Shown piece by piece: positions 35,686 to 48,520 of a stretch of 49,658 nucleotides of DNA (position 1 is the stretch's first letter; every line of letters begins with the position of its first letter). The notes below the pieces were generated by a model that saw only the letters and a program-made list of their open reading frames with translations, was not told where the DNA came from and did not search any database. The stretch comes from Octopus bimaculoides (taxonomy: Eukaryota), in NCBI RefSeq assembly GCF_001194135.2, contig NC_068989.1:74298758-74348415 (forward strand), given 5' to 3'. Both the position numbers and the translations under genes were made by a program.

Positions 35686-38600
35686 TTCGTTTGAGTATCT
35701 TAGAGCGTCAAAACATGGATATTCTCCAATACATGCATCTCCAACCACACTCCCTCTTCCCGTTTAAACTTTCCCCAAGAATTTTATTCCTGTTTAGCTT
35801 CCAAACTCTCTGTTTCTGCTTCTTTGCTTCTGTTTCTCTCAACCCCTTTCATTTTCTCACCTCTTATCATTTTCTTCTGATGTAGGACTAACGTCAGAAA
35901 CTCTAAGGTTATCTTCCTCACTTCTTTTAAAGTGTTAGACTAATACAATATTTGTTACAATCTGTCCATCCTGTGCTGTCTTTTTCGCTTTTATTCATTA
36001 CATTTACCATACATATACACACAAACAGACACTATACAAACTCACACACATACATACATCCATGCAGATATTTCATCTAATACACAATATTTTTTAAAGT
36101 TTTTATCAAGAATGCTTTCCTATATTTCTTCGAAATATGTGCAGTTTTTTGGTACTGTGAAGTTTGTAAATGCATCATTGTTTCTAGGCCTTCATTATTT
36201 TGTCTTCATGTAGTGGCGTTCAACTTATTGTTAGTCAGTAATATGTGACGTCTTGTGCTTTGTTTGGGACTTGTTGGTGTCGTTTGCATGCTTAATCTAG
36301 CATTTCAAGCGATGAACAAATAACTAATACCATTTACAAATTCGATTGATAACCTGAAACTTGTAAATTCTAAGACACTAACCGTTAATTATGCCATGCA
36401 GTTTTGTCAAAGCAGTGTTAATTCTGAAATGAAAAATCATGTTTATGTACGAATATATTCAGACTAGTGTCTACACCTTTTGTTGCTTTTACTGAATATA
36501 TTTGATGAAACGGGGTAACTGCTATATTATTCAAAATGTGTCGTTATATATCAGAGTTTGAGAAGACTATATGAATTAAAAGAACATGAAATAATTTCAC
36601 TATACTATTCAAATGCGAGTTCAATAGAAACTTAACGAAACCTTTCCAAGCTCTTTAAATTGAATCGACCACAGATATTCCTAGCCCGATTTTCAGACTT
36701 TGTGTCTATGTTATAAACAATTGTTATACTGAGGATAGGGGCAATAGTTTCGTAGACTTGCTTAAGCAGGCGGCAGCAAACTTTGTTCAGACTCTTTACA
36801 TTCAGAATGCAATTCTCACTAGCATTTTCAATCATCATTCCGACATCGAAAGAATCATGTACGAGTTTGAGGCCGATATATTCAACTATACTTTTCTCGT
36901 AAATTTCTACCCTTGTGCTTAAGAAAAAAAATCATTAATACAAAGGGTTTAAACACAGTCTACTGTAGCATGCTCCTAAAACTATTCCTCGTTTGTTTAA
37001 GAGAAAAATCAATATATTTGGATGAGGAATCGACAGAATACTATGCTCTTGATGAATCAAGCTTAACTGCATTAATATTGAACGATTTGGCAATGATATG
37101 CGTTAAGTAATTGAATTGGTTTGGCCGTATTTCCAATCAGCTTGTCAATTATTATTAATTTAGGAATAAAAATGCAATCAGAATAGTTTTCATACTATTT
37201 AAATGCCAGGTAACAATTTAATGTAACTACTAACTAGCTTCATTCACAATAAGAATTACGCCCACGTTTAACCAAACTGTTTATTCCAACACGGAAAAAT
37301 TAAGATTACAAAAAAATCTCATTTGCATTGTCCTACGTTTATCAAGTACATCAGTAAAATTTCCAAGCTACAATGTATAAAGCAAATTGCCGAGAATTCA
37401 GTTAAATGGCGTCATAATATATGTATTGCGGTTGGCAGAATTACATTGCACTGCCGAAGATGAACCTATATATTACATAATACATTATTAGAAAACTATT
37501 CCTGCTGTTACTGTCGGTACTGCTCTGGATGCCGACGCTGTTCGGGTAATAATATTGCCGCAGCTACTATTTTTATTCATCTAATGTAATATTCGGATAA
37601 GGAGCTTAATTAAGATGTAAGGTTGCTACGATAATATACCTAGAGTATAGACCATATAATTACAATGTCTTCGATGTGATTCGACATTTGTGACTGCATT
37701 TGTGCCCGAAATTTCACGAACAAAATATTAAATGTATAAAATTACAGTGAATCGAAATTATAAACACATCCAGATTTGAGATATCAATCTAGTTTTCATC
37801 GTCAGTGGATTAAGATCCATTATAATTCTGGTCGTAGCAAATACCATTTCGCAGTGACTCTATGAAATATTTCAAGGACAAAAGAACAGACCTGATTTAC
37901 TCCTCCCAATTAAAATTATGCAAACATTTGATTATATCGTAACCAGAAGCAATTTATTCGGAATTTATTCAACGCTATCGTTTCTTAAACTAGTAAGCTG
38001 TTCCTTTCCCCCATTGGGACTCTATGTAAACGAAAGAAATAAAAATGTGTATATGGTAACGTGGTTATAGACAACGATCGGCATCAGTTACTGGAACAAA
38101 GAGATTAAGACTCGAGAATGTCTTCGGCAATTTTATTCCGTAATGTAAATCATTTAAAAGTATTATAATATTTGGACTAGAAATTCCAGTGTTCCCCAAC
38201 AATATTAGAAGTATTCCTTAAAATTATGTGGCATATAAGATTAATCCTAGAATAACGTAAATTCATGAAAGGTATATTTTTGTACTAACAGTCTAAAATG
38301 TACTCGTCCAATTCGTTATTTACTTCTCCATTATGGAAAATATTGAAAGTCTATGTTCAGTATACTGTTTTCTTGTTAATAAGATCAACAAAAAGGTATT
38401 CACTCCAGTGAGGACTAAATATCACTTAATATAGCAGTTATACGTGATCTGCTTCAAGTTTTATACAAGAGAAGTGCAGTGTTCAAGCAAGATTTTATAG
38501 CGCATTGTGCTCTATCTGGTCATCGTTAAGACTCATAAAACACGGTTACTCCGTCAAGAGACACGAGGAAATACAAGAAAACAACTTCAAAAACTTTGGG

Positions 38601-39473
38601 AAAAACATGAGATATTTTACAATCTTTGGCCGATGAAGGTTTGCATGGATTGTTGTTAAGACTAATTTAATAATTTCCGCTTTTCTAATAGAGGTTTACC
38701 GAAATTGTGGTGAATATGTAGAGACAGGAATTTTATTAAGTGAATATTTAGATTAGTATTTGTTGCACCTCTATATATCGATAGTATTAATATTGTATTC
38801 GATAATCTTTATAGTGGCGATTCAACGTGGAATGAAAATACGCTTTAAAGAGAAACGTATTTTTGTGATGATAATATTTCTCAGAGAAATGCGAAGCGTA
38901 AATAAAGTATTAATATGTCTGATAATCAATCTCCCCTCTAATTTTAAACTTTGTACAAAAATTCGCTTGTGTGAAAATATTCTCTATGGAAATATTGTAC
39001 GCATCCATGCGGGTAACAATATTCAATTTTAAACATTCGATTTCTTCTAGTAAACAGTATGCACGTACATTGATTTCCTTTGAATGGTAGTTATAAGGCA
39101 TGTGTGCGCGTAAACGAATGCATAATACAGAGGGAAAATTGCTAACAATATTTTCAGGCATAAATATAAAACATCTAATGGCTTCTATTGCAAATCTTTC
39201 ACTATAATTGGATTCTCACTTTGGCACACTGTGAAATATCCCTAAATGCCAACTGTGCTGCGGGTCAAATGAATCGCCTAATCACATGCTTAGAACTTAT
39301 TTCAGTGATATCAGAACGAGGATGAACCGAATATATTCCATTGAATTATCAACTCGAAAGAAACAAAACACTTATAAATAGTTTACTCCAGTGCTTTATT
39401 GTAATCTCTCTGTATCCTAATGCATATTTTATTGCATGATATATCGTCTTTTTGTGATAGATATATATATATA

Positions 39474-40340
39474 ATGGGTCATCCCATAAACAATACGGCT
39501 TTTTCAATTGCATGAACTAAAAGTTGGAGCGGTACGGTATAAGCTGCCTGCATCCACTTGCTATAAAAGCAGGTAGTAATTTACCTTGTACTTACTCTTA
39601 GTGCAAATTTTGAGGAGTGCAGTTCGATTTTAACAAGTTATTTTTCCAAGTTTTAATAGAAGTGGCAAAGGAGTATATTCGGCATATTTTACTTTATGAG
39701 TTCAAATAAGGCAACAACGCAACGAAAAGCGCGAGGAATATTAATGCCGAATATGGGAATCGAACAATTAGCGTAAACCAGTGTCAACGGTGGTTCTAGA
39801 TATTCCGTGCCGGTAACTACAGCCTAGAAGACGAGACGAACCTCGTCCTGGAAGATCTGCAGAGCTCGACGAGTACGTCCTGAAAGCCCTGGTGGAACAA
39901 AATCCCATCGTACGTGTTCAGGAACTAGCAAAGAAGTTTGAATTTGGTTATTTAACCTTTCATCAACACCTGCATGCCATCGGAATAGTCAGCAAATTGG
40001 ATCAATGAGTTTCTCACAAACTTTCCGGGTCTAATCGCATGCAAAGAATGTGTGCTCCTCTTTCCTGTCACGTCTCACGAATGAACCTTTTTGCCCCACC
40101 CGCCATATTCGGCGGACATTGCCCCGTCTTATTAAAATCGTTTGGACGGGAAAACATGAATTCTTTATACGGGGTCGGAATAGTACTAGAATGGTACTTT
40201 TCGTCACGGACAAGTGAATTTTCGAAGAGGGACCTTGCAGATGGAAGAGCACTGTAGAAATTAAAGGAGAGTATATTTTAGATTAAAAAAGAACTTTGCC
40301 TTAATTTTGAAAAATAAAAGAAGTTTAAAAGACCGCAAAT
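39474..40340 (+). mobile_element. Internally deleted mariner element (Mos1/SETMAR-like transposase pseudogene at 39656-40286)
   Basis: Left end TA|ATGGGTCATCCCATAAAC. Translation EVAKEYIRHILLYEFK*GNNATKSARNINAEYG, EPRPGRSAELDEYVLKALVEQNP, then a jump to HPPYSADIAPSY and VEIKGEYILD*. Only a partial right TIR remains. Confidence 0.9.
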
Positions 40341-41269
40341 ACGAAATAGTCTTCACAGTTTGCTTCCCGGTATCCGCTAAATCCATTCATTTGTCTTTTC
40401 TAATCTATCTAAATAGCTCGGGGACACAGGTAATCCTGATGTTCCGGTTTCGATCGCATGGAATGGAAATTTAAGCAAGAGTCTTTACCTATTCCTATGG
40501 TATTCAAAGGAAATCGAGTACACGGGTACTGCGTGGAAATCCATCGGATGTATATCGGGTGGATATCGGATGGATTTTACTTCTAATTCCTAGCACCACC
40601 AAGCCTTATCGCAAAATATGTAACGTTTTGGGCTCAGAAATTAGCTTAAGAGAATATGGGCCTCTTAGATACTTAACCACTTATAACTTAATTTAACGAA
40701 TTCATCCAGGAACTGTAAACTCATCGTCGTATACCGATGAGTATCCATAATACTAAGTCGCATAATAAGCATAATCAGTTATTCCCCTCATATTAAATTA
40801 TTGGTTTTTCGTTTTATTTATGTACTTAATTATTTATTTTTGGTGCGGGGGATTTTTTTTTTTAATGATTAGCTAAAGTTCTTAGATAGCTGCCGCTATT
40901 CTCCCTTTCGCTAGACCATTAAGATAATTGTAATTACGTCCATTCTAATTAAACTCTCTCCTTTGATGTTCTGAATGCAACATATTACAACTGAAATATG
41001 GATTAGAATTTTAAGCCATTTTGTGACTTGCGTAGAAACTGAAAATGTTTTCATCACATGAATACACATACACACGCGCACATACATATGCACACGCACA
41101 CACGCACACACGCAAACAAACCTACACACAAGCACGCAGAGAGGCTAACAGAAAAGATAATCCACGCATGTTCACATTTGCGTGTATAGATAATTAATAT
41201 ATAACTTTATGTGTGTCTGTCTATACATACATACATACATACATACATAATGTCATGCACTGCTCTACG

Positions 41270-41720
41270 GGTCAGCTGCCCAGCGGATGTGAATGTACAA
41301 TCAAAAGCCCAGGAAAAAGAAAACAGCTATGGCGAATTAATGCAGAACTTACAGCTCTTGTACAATGACTATAAATTCTCATTTGTACTATCATCATCGG
41401 TTCATTAAGTTATGTAGCAGTAAATTTGCACAAAAACCTAGAAATACTCGATTTCACGGAAGAAGGGCACAAGAACCTGACGTAGATTTTCTAAATCCAA
41501 TCATTTAGTGTTTACAGTGAAGATCTGTAAGACATTTCAAAAATTCTCTAACCGAGATTCTTGGGTGTATGCATCAATAGTTCAACTATCACAGCAGCTC
41601 ATCCACATATTTACAAACACCGGGAAATCTCTAAACTCAAAACGTCATGTCGCTTTGGAAGCGACCGGCTTGAACTCTCTGAAGTAGTTGAATAAAACTA
41701 AAAAGGAAAACATACATATA
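41270..41720 (+). mobile_element. R4/NeSL-type LINE 3' end (restriction-like endonuclease C-terminus and 3' UTR)
   Basis: Broken frames read VSCPADVNVQSKAQEKENSYGELMQNLQLLYNDYKFSFV, IIIGSLSYVAVNLHKNLEILDF and VKICKTFQKF. Confidence 0.75.
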
Positions 41721-41764
41721 TAATACTTTAAAATGGCTTGAAAACAGGGAGAAGAAGAAGAAAG

Positions 41765-42750
41765 AAATTATGGGATACTGATGGACAGGATGGATCTATG
41801 TTATTTCAGACGGGACCAGAGGAAGATCGGGCTAACGATTCAGGAATAGAACGCTGTTAATCGGAAGGTAAGAAAGAAAAGGTAGGAAGCCAAAGATGAA
41901 TGGATAGCAGACCAGTGCAAAACCATCCAATCTGGGATAAAGAAGGGAAACAGCAAGGTTGCATATGAAACCTTCAAAATCCTTACAAAAACAAAGAAAC
42001 ACACCACCACTATCATTGAGGATAAAATAGATCTGCTTCTGACGGATAGAATGATGTCACCAAAAGATGTCATGTGGGAACTGCAAAGAGGTTTACAATC
42101 ACAAACTCAAAAATGACAGCAACATTATATAAAATCACAATAACAACAGTATACTTGGAGGTACTCATATTCTCCTGCAGAACGTCGAACAGGCTATGAT
42201 GGAAAATCTCCAGGAGTGGGCAGCATCCAATCAGAGCTCCTAAAATATGAGCTTACGCTCTGCTGCTATGACGAAGTTGAACACCATATGAAAGACAATT
42301 TCATTACATTTCCAACAAGAGTCTCTGATGACTTCCATCGTACTCTATAGGTGTGAGAATTGAACTCTTACAGCTAGCATAGAGAGAAGAATCCAAGGAT
42401 TTGAGCACAAATACTTCAGGCTATACAGTCCGTACACAGAGTACGAACGAACAGCTCTGTCAGGTTGCAAATAAGTAAATACGCTGCAGACAGGAATCAC
42501 GCCTTGCGTACGTAAAAGGTCGAAAGCTTCCACACTGCGGTCACGTAAAGCGCTACAGCTCTTTGCCCAAAGCCATTCTTCAGGGCACAATTGAACGAGG
42601 TTGGGGTGAAAGAGGGAACTACTGGACTGACAATACCAAAGACTGAGCAGGTCGCAACACTGGGAACCTGCAATGCACGACAGAGAACAGCGACCAGTGC
42701 CGACGGCTGGCTGGAAAAGCGTCTAAATTGGGACAAAAGGCATCTAGGCT
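41765..42750 (+). mobile_element. RTE-clade LINE remnant lacking the RT core
   Basis: EAKDEWIADQCKTIQSGIKKGNSKVAYET, GKSPGVGSIQSELLKY, then directly LYRCEN*TLTASIERRIQGFEHK, VKGRKLPHCGHVKRYSSLPKAILQGTIE and WTDNTKD. Confidence 0.85.
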
Positions 42751-42765
42751 GGCAATTCCCTTAAC

Positions 42766-43430
42766 TTACCGTGGATAAAATATTCTCCCCTATGGTAAGA
42801 GGTGTCAATCACTATGTCTGCCCACTGCTGCTCCCTATTGGATTCCCAGACGCGTTTCTGGCTCTTTAGGTGACATCGGTGAGAAATATCGAAGTGAGAA
42901 AGTGAGAAATGCTGAAGTAAGAAACACTCTGGTTAGATTTTAAAGCTGCAGTTACAAGTAAAACGCAGTCAACAACATTGAATGACTAGTTAAGCTATAA
43001 GCGAACTTGGAGCGAGTTATATGTTACAACTTTTCAACTTCTAAAGGTAAATTCACTGCATTTACCACGGAGAAAACAATTCTTTCTGATGGTAAAAGTT
43101 ATAAAAGCACAATATCTGGCTATTGCTACCTCCTATCGATTCCCAGACGTGTTTTAACTCTTTAGTCGTTATCAGTGGGAAATACCGAAAAGAGGTGACT
43201 CGTGCCGTAGCTAGATTTCAAGTTCAAAGATTTAACTAGATGTCAAGGCCGTAGTTTTAACTGGCTTGAACTAAAACACAGTCAACAACATTGATTGAAT
43301 TGTGGCATAGGTACCACCAGATCGAAAGGAATTTATCATTCTCAGCAGAAGCGAAATTTGAGTTAAAACATGTTTGTAATATATCTCAACTCCTAAAGAC
43401 AAATTCACTGTAGTTACCGTGAAGAACAAA
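42766..43430. repeat. Old diverged tandem duplication, about 2.1 units of 296 and 352 bp
   Basis: Units start with TTACC at 42766, 43062 and 43414. Both full units share GATTCCCAGACG, CTCTTTAG, CAGTCAACAACATTGA and CTAAAG..AAATTCACTG. Confidence 0.75.
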
Positions 43431-43809
43431 AGGTAATAATTTGAACTCGTTAGTGTGTTGGGTAGAATATCCTGTAATATTCGCTTCGGTTCTTTTCTCT
43501 CGGTGATAAAATTCCGCCAAAAGCCATTTTCCTTTCATGCTTTAAGAATTGGTTGGCAATGAAATAATCCATGGCGTTGGATTAGTCTGATTATTATAAC
43601 ATCGAATAAGATGCGTTGTGGTATTTGTCCTAAACTTTTCTATCTTGAATTAAAATTCTGCACACCAATTGCAGCTTTCGCGTAGTGGAAAATAAAGCAT
43701 TCTGTATTGAGCTCGCTGTCAAAAACGCCCCATGCTATACGAAGCTGCGCGTCGATAACAGTGACGTAATTTGCAAGAATATTCTTGAATGCGAATAATG
43801 GCAATGCGC

Positions 43810-44130
43810 TGAAGTTAATAAACTTTAGAATAGAATGTCATAGGAATTACATGAGTACGCATGAGGTTTTGGCATGGGAAACTGGTGAGGATAAAGGAGT
43901 GGAGGATATGTGATTCATAAGTTACTATAGTAGAAGGCGAAGCGCAGAAAACCATTTCGTAGAGACCAGATGTTGATATTAAGACGGGCGACAAACCATC
44001 CATATAAGCCATGGTAGTATTTGAACGTAGAAGGCAAAGAGTTTGAATAAATATCACAAGGCCTTGTTTTGTGTAGTGAAATATAACAAAATACCTTTGT
44101 TAGGTGACAAGCTTCGCTTGAACCTCTTTG
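43810..44130 (-). mobile_element. Possible decayed L2/CR1-group LINE C-terminal fragment
   Basis: Minus strand reads TLCLL then, after a frameshift, FKYYHG, resembling SLCLFYRYYHG. Confidence 0.35.
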
Positions 44131-46832
44131 GGTCTGTTTATTACAGCTTTGTCAAAGACAAATAAAAATACGGAGAGACGCTACCATAGAGTTTTGGTTT
44201 TAATAGTATCTTGAGAATTGTTTATGATTTCAACAGCTTATTGAGACTTGGCCTTTCGTCAGACACCTTTGTTTTTTTCCCTGGCTCAAAACCAGTCTCG
44301 AACGTTCACACACGCACATACATGCATACATACAAACATACAAGCATGCATGTAAGCTTGTATGTATGTATGTATGTATGTATGTATACAATTTCAAACA
44401 TCACATTCCTCGCCGTGTATAAGTACACTCCTTCAAACAGGCATCAGGCAGAGAACACATGTTAGGATTGAGTTGTCATCTTAGAAGTTAATTGACCCAA
44501 GTACCCCAGCTCAAAATACTATAAAACTTATTCTTAAAATCAATCATTTGATTAAAAACAGATTTAATCAGATCAGTGTCTCATCTCAGACATTTTTATC
44601 TCCGATAAAGGGCAATTGCTGACTACATATATGCGATTCTTTTCAACAGTATGTATTAGCACATTCCAGTTTAAATATTTATCATTTCATTATTGACTTG
44701 GGATGGGAAATTAATTCCTGTGATCAAACTTATACAATTTCAAGACAGTCCATTATCCACTTCTATAGCAATGAATAAAATCTTTTAGAAAGAGGAGACG
44801 CAGTTAACAGCTATACTATGTTTGGTCTATTTTCTCAATCATTGTGTTATTAATGGACATATTTAAGAACTTAAATCAGAATGAAGTTGGAGCAACTGTT
44901 TAAGAATTCTAGCATTGCTCAGGAGTCTTGAACCAAATTCATTCAACCCTATATTTTTCTTTCAAATGCAAGGTGACAGTTATTTGTCATCTCATTAAAA
45001 CAGATCGTCCTCTCAAAATTTTAATTATCATTTCAAATATCCTTTTGCTGAAAGATTTCAAGTTTTTGTTTTTTTTTAATGTAAACGTATTGGCTGATGT
45101 CAGAAGTGACTGGAACTATTTAGGCGTGTCATTTTGTTCATAGTCTAAATTATAGAAGAAATCATGTTGTAAAAGCTAACTTAAATCCACAGGGTCAAAT
45201 TAAATTAATCAAATATATTTTTGCCGTGACATATATTATTAGTGATTTCGTTATCCAGAGACATTTACGTCAAAAATCAAATTAACTTTCTTTTTTTATT
45301 ATTCAACTGCGAAATTATTTATGAGATTGTAATATCTATCTGACTGAAGCCCGGGAGTATGTCTAAATGAAAATTGGTTCAATTCTGAATACAAGATTTG
45401 TTTCCTATATGTCTTAATTTTGATAACAAACATCTTTGGGAAATAGATATGTAAAATCATGACTATATACGATACTTACTGCTTCTGATGTTTTTTCAAA
45501 TCCTAGTTACTTTATTTTAAAATACTCTCTTTCTGGTTTATTATTATCGATGAAAAAATTTGGGACTTCCAAATTGATTACTATTTTGCAAAAATATTTA
45601 ATGAAATTATAAAAGATTTGTAAGAGTACAAAAATAAACATCATAATAGTTTATTTTAATTGATATTTCATAAAAATAATCGTTACCCGATTCCACACCA
45701 TTACCTATTGGTGTTCACTCTTTTCGCAGCGCTTGACTGGATCCCCAGTTTGAGAATACATATCGTTTTCTCCTAGTCTTAGAAATACTGAAAAATAAAG
45801 GTGTTTAGTTTCTACCGTCTCCACCCTGCTTAAACTCCTTACATAAAATATAGCTTCGATGCTGATCTGCAATTTTAAATTATAACAAAAAGTACGGTGA
45901 GCTGAGAGTTTGTCTAAAACTGTTGGGAAACACAACATGATGCCCAGATTAATAGTCGAACGAATGTCCTTATGATCTTATGATCATGAGTTGAATACCC
46001 ACCAAGTATTTGCCATGCACATTCACAATGAAATATTATGGCTACAAATATATCTAGACAGTAACAGTTATACAAACTCTCGGGCTCTCGATTAACAAAT
46101 TATTCCACTTTCTACTTGACCGATTACAGTTTTCCGACGTTTAAAGAACTAACAATTAGAGCGTATTTCAAACAGGAAAATGTTGAAGAATAAAACACTT
46201 CTGCTAATGTATCTCATCTATTTTATTCAGGTATTAACAGTAGACTTCTTTTATCAAATGATAATTGATAAAAGATAAAAGAAAGAACCAGTGACCTAAT
46301 CGTTGATCTATACTTATTGAAATGCGGAGTTGTCGGCTACACCCAACAATTTGCTGGCAGCAAAATCAGTTGCAAAAATAACAGGACCAAGTTCTCACAT
46401 TTATTCTTGTTACATTATCTACCCCAACAGCATCTCCTCCACCGCAAACAGCAATCTCTTCAGCTGAAACAACACTAACTCCTCCACTACAAACAGCCTC
46501 GCCACCAACTAACATGAATATCGTTATTATGTGTACTTCAAATTAACACGACCCGGAAGTGATATTTAGTAATTTTATATACAAATAGATGTTGTGAATC
46601 TAATCAGCAACACAAAATTGGTTTTATATGCTGCGGAAAAATGAGAATATATTTATAGCTAGTAGTTACAGCAAAATTCAGAAAGCAAAGCGTAGTTAGA
46701 GGAGGAATTCATTAGCAGAATATTCCATAAAAATTACATAAAACACCATTCAACATTTTCCTTTTCTCTTATTCCTCCTCTTGTGGCTCTTTCGGTATCA
46801 TTGAAAGCTATATTCAGTTAAATAAATGAGGA

Positions 46833-47253
46833 ACTTCTACCATAAGGCACAAAGCCAGAAATCTATGAGTAGGGACTAGTCGATAAATATTAATTCCTAT
46901 GTTTTACCGGTGCTATATTTTATCGATTTGGAAGGATGATAGACCAAGTGATCCTCGGCGCTATTCGAACACACAGCGTAAAACGACGAAATAAATTCTA
47001 GCATTTATGTTGCCCGACATTCTATCAAACCAATATGCTTCCCTAAATTATTTGTAATATAGGTGCAAGTCTTGAAATTTTTGGGGACGTGGGTAAGTTG
47101 ATTACATCAATCCCAGTGGTAGTAGCTATTTTAGCAATCCCGAGAGGATGAAAAGTAAAATCGACCTCACTGGAATTTGAACCCAAAAATAAAGATGGAC
47201 GAAATACCGCTAAGAATTTTGACCGGCGTCCTAAAGATTCTGCCAGCTCGCCA
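46833..47253 (-). mobile_element. Two tandem SINE copies (46833-47030 and 47057-47253)
   Basis: Reverse complements of the 29023-type SINE, e.g. AAATCGACCTCACTGGAATTTGAAC and GAAATACCGCTAAG..GATTCTGCCAGCTCGCC. Confidence 0.8.
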
Positions 47254-47505
47254 CCAAATCAGCAACAAGCATATTTATCATATTGTTATATCTGGAGATG
47301 GCCATCTTTTTATCAGTTAAACACGTGCACTATTTATTTGATCTTCACTTTAGCTTTATAATTTTTACAAGTTCATTTGTCAGAGGTCACACATTCTGTG
47401 ATCTCTTCAACGACTTTCTGTCCCTCATGTTTCTCCCTCCCTCTCTCTCGTCTTAGCCCGCCTGTTCCGTTTTTACATATTCACATAAAAGTTATAATAT
47501 TTATA

Positions 47506-47724
47506 CAGTAATCCCTCGACAGTCGCGGTGTTTCGTACCAAAACCCCACGTGATAGGTGAAAATCCGCGAAGTAGAAACAGTACTGTATTGCATATTTTT
47601 TGTCATTTTCATAATTTGTATATATTTATTTTATTATAAATGCAAAGCAACACCACGGAGGACTCGATGTAAGCTTAAATAATAAACCGCGATAAGTGAA
47701 CCGTGATATGGCAAGGGATTACTG
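47506..47724. mobile_element. Tigger/pogo-like MITE of 219 bp
   Basis: TA|CAGTAATCCCTCG ... CAAGGGATTACTG|TA: about 24-bp imperfect TIRs, TA target-site duplication and an AT-rich non-coding interior. Confidence 0.85.
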
Positions 47725-48162
47725 TAATGTTTTCCGATTGAGGCTAAAGTGCAGTTATTTCGAGGGGAAGGTTGTAGTCGATTACATCGATTATATTACC
47801 TGATTATATATATATTTTTTTATATACATTGACAGGAAGAAAAGCAAAATTGATCTCATTACGTAAAAAGCTGGAACGGACACTTTTCCGACGCACCAAC
47901 AATTCAATCAATACAAGAAACCAGTTGCAATAAATGTTTCTGATAGAAAAACAAGCCCAATAATCTTGACGAGAGCAGATTAGTTGATGCCATCGACTTT
48001 GTAAATACATATGTGCACATGTGTGTGTGTGTGGGTGTGTGTGTGTGTGTATTTTCCTGTATGTATGTCATTGTTCAGTTTTATTTCAAGATTTCTTGCC
48101 AATAGAGAAAGAGCCGGTTTCTAACCTAGATTCAAGGCTCCATCATTGGAATTTCAACATCA

Positions 48163-48368
48163 AGAACAGAGTATTTTTGTTGGTATGTATGTATGTATGT
48201 ACGTATGCATGTGTGTATGTATGTATGTATGTATGTATGTATGTATGAATCTGTGTATGTNNNNNNNNNNAGAACAGAGTATTTTTGTTGGTATGTATGT
48301 ATGTATGTACGTATGCATGTGTGTATGTATGTATGTATGTATGTATGTATGTATGAATCTGTGTATGT
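48163..48368. other. Identical 98-bp duplication flanking a 10-N gap, a probable scaffolding artefact
   Basis: 48163-48260 equals 48271-48368 exactly, separated by N at 48261-48270. Confidence 0.85.
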
Positions 48369-48520
48369 ATGTATGCATGTATGTGTGTATGTATGTATAT
48401 GTGCAGATTTGCATGTTTTGCTTTATGTATGTATTCTGATAAGTATGTATGTATGTATGTATGTATGTATGTATATATGTATGTATGTATGTATGCATGT
48501 ATGTATGTATGTATGTATGT
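48183..48520. repeat. (TATG)n microsatellite
   Basis: Direct reading. Confidence 0.95.

Noticed and set aside
44205-44265. Minus-strand CTGACGA...GAAAT, a possible third hammerhead
   Set aside because: Stems I and II do not pair convincingly and there is no proper cleavage triplet.
45705-45787. 83-bp minus-strand segment with good AG/GT splice-like borders
   Set aside because: All three frames contain a stop; unsupported without RNA data.
46551-46561. ETS-like motif ACCCGGAAGTG
   Set aside because: An isolated motif with no other promoter evidence.
48163-48368. Apparent recent 98-bp tandem duplication
   Set aside because: Exact copies on either side of a 10-N gap are typical of unmerged contig overlap.
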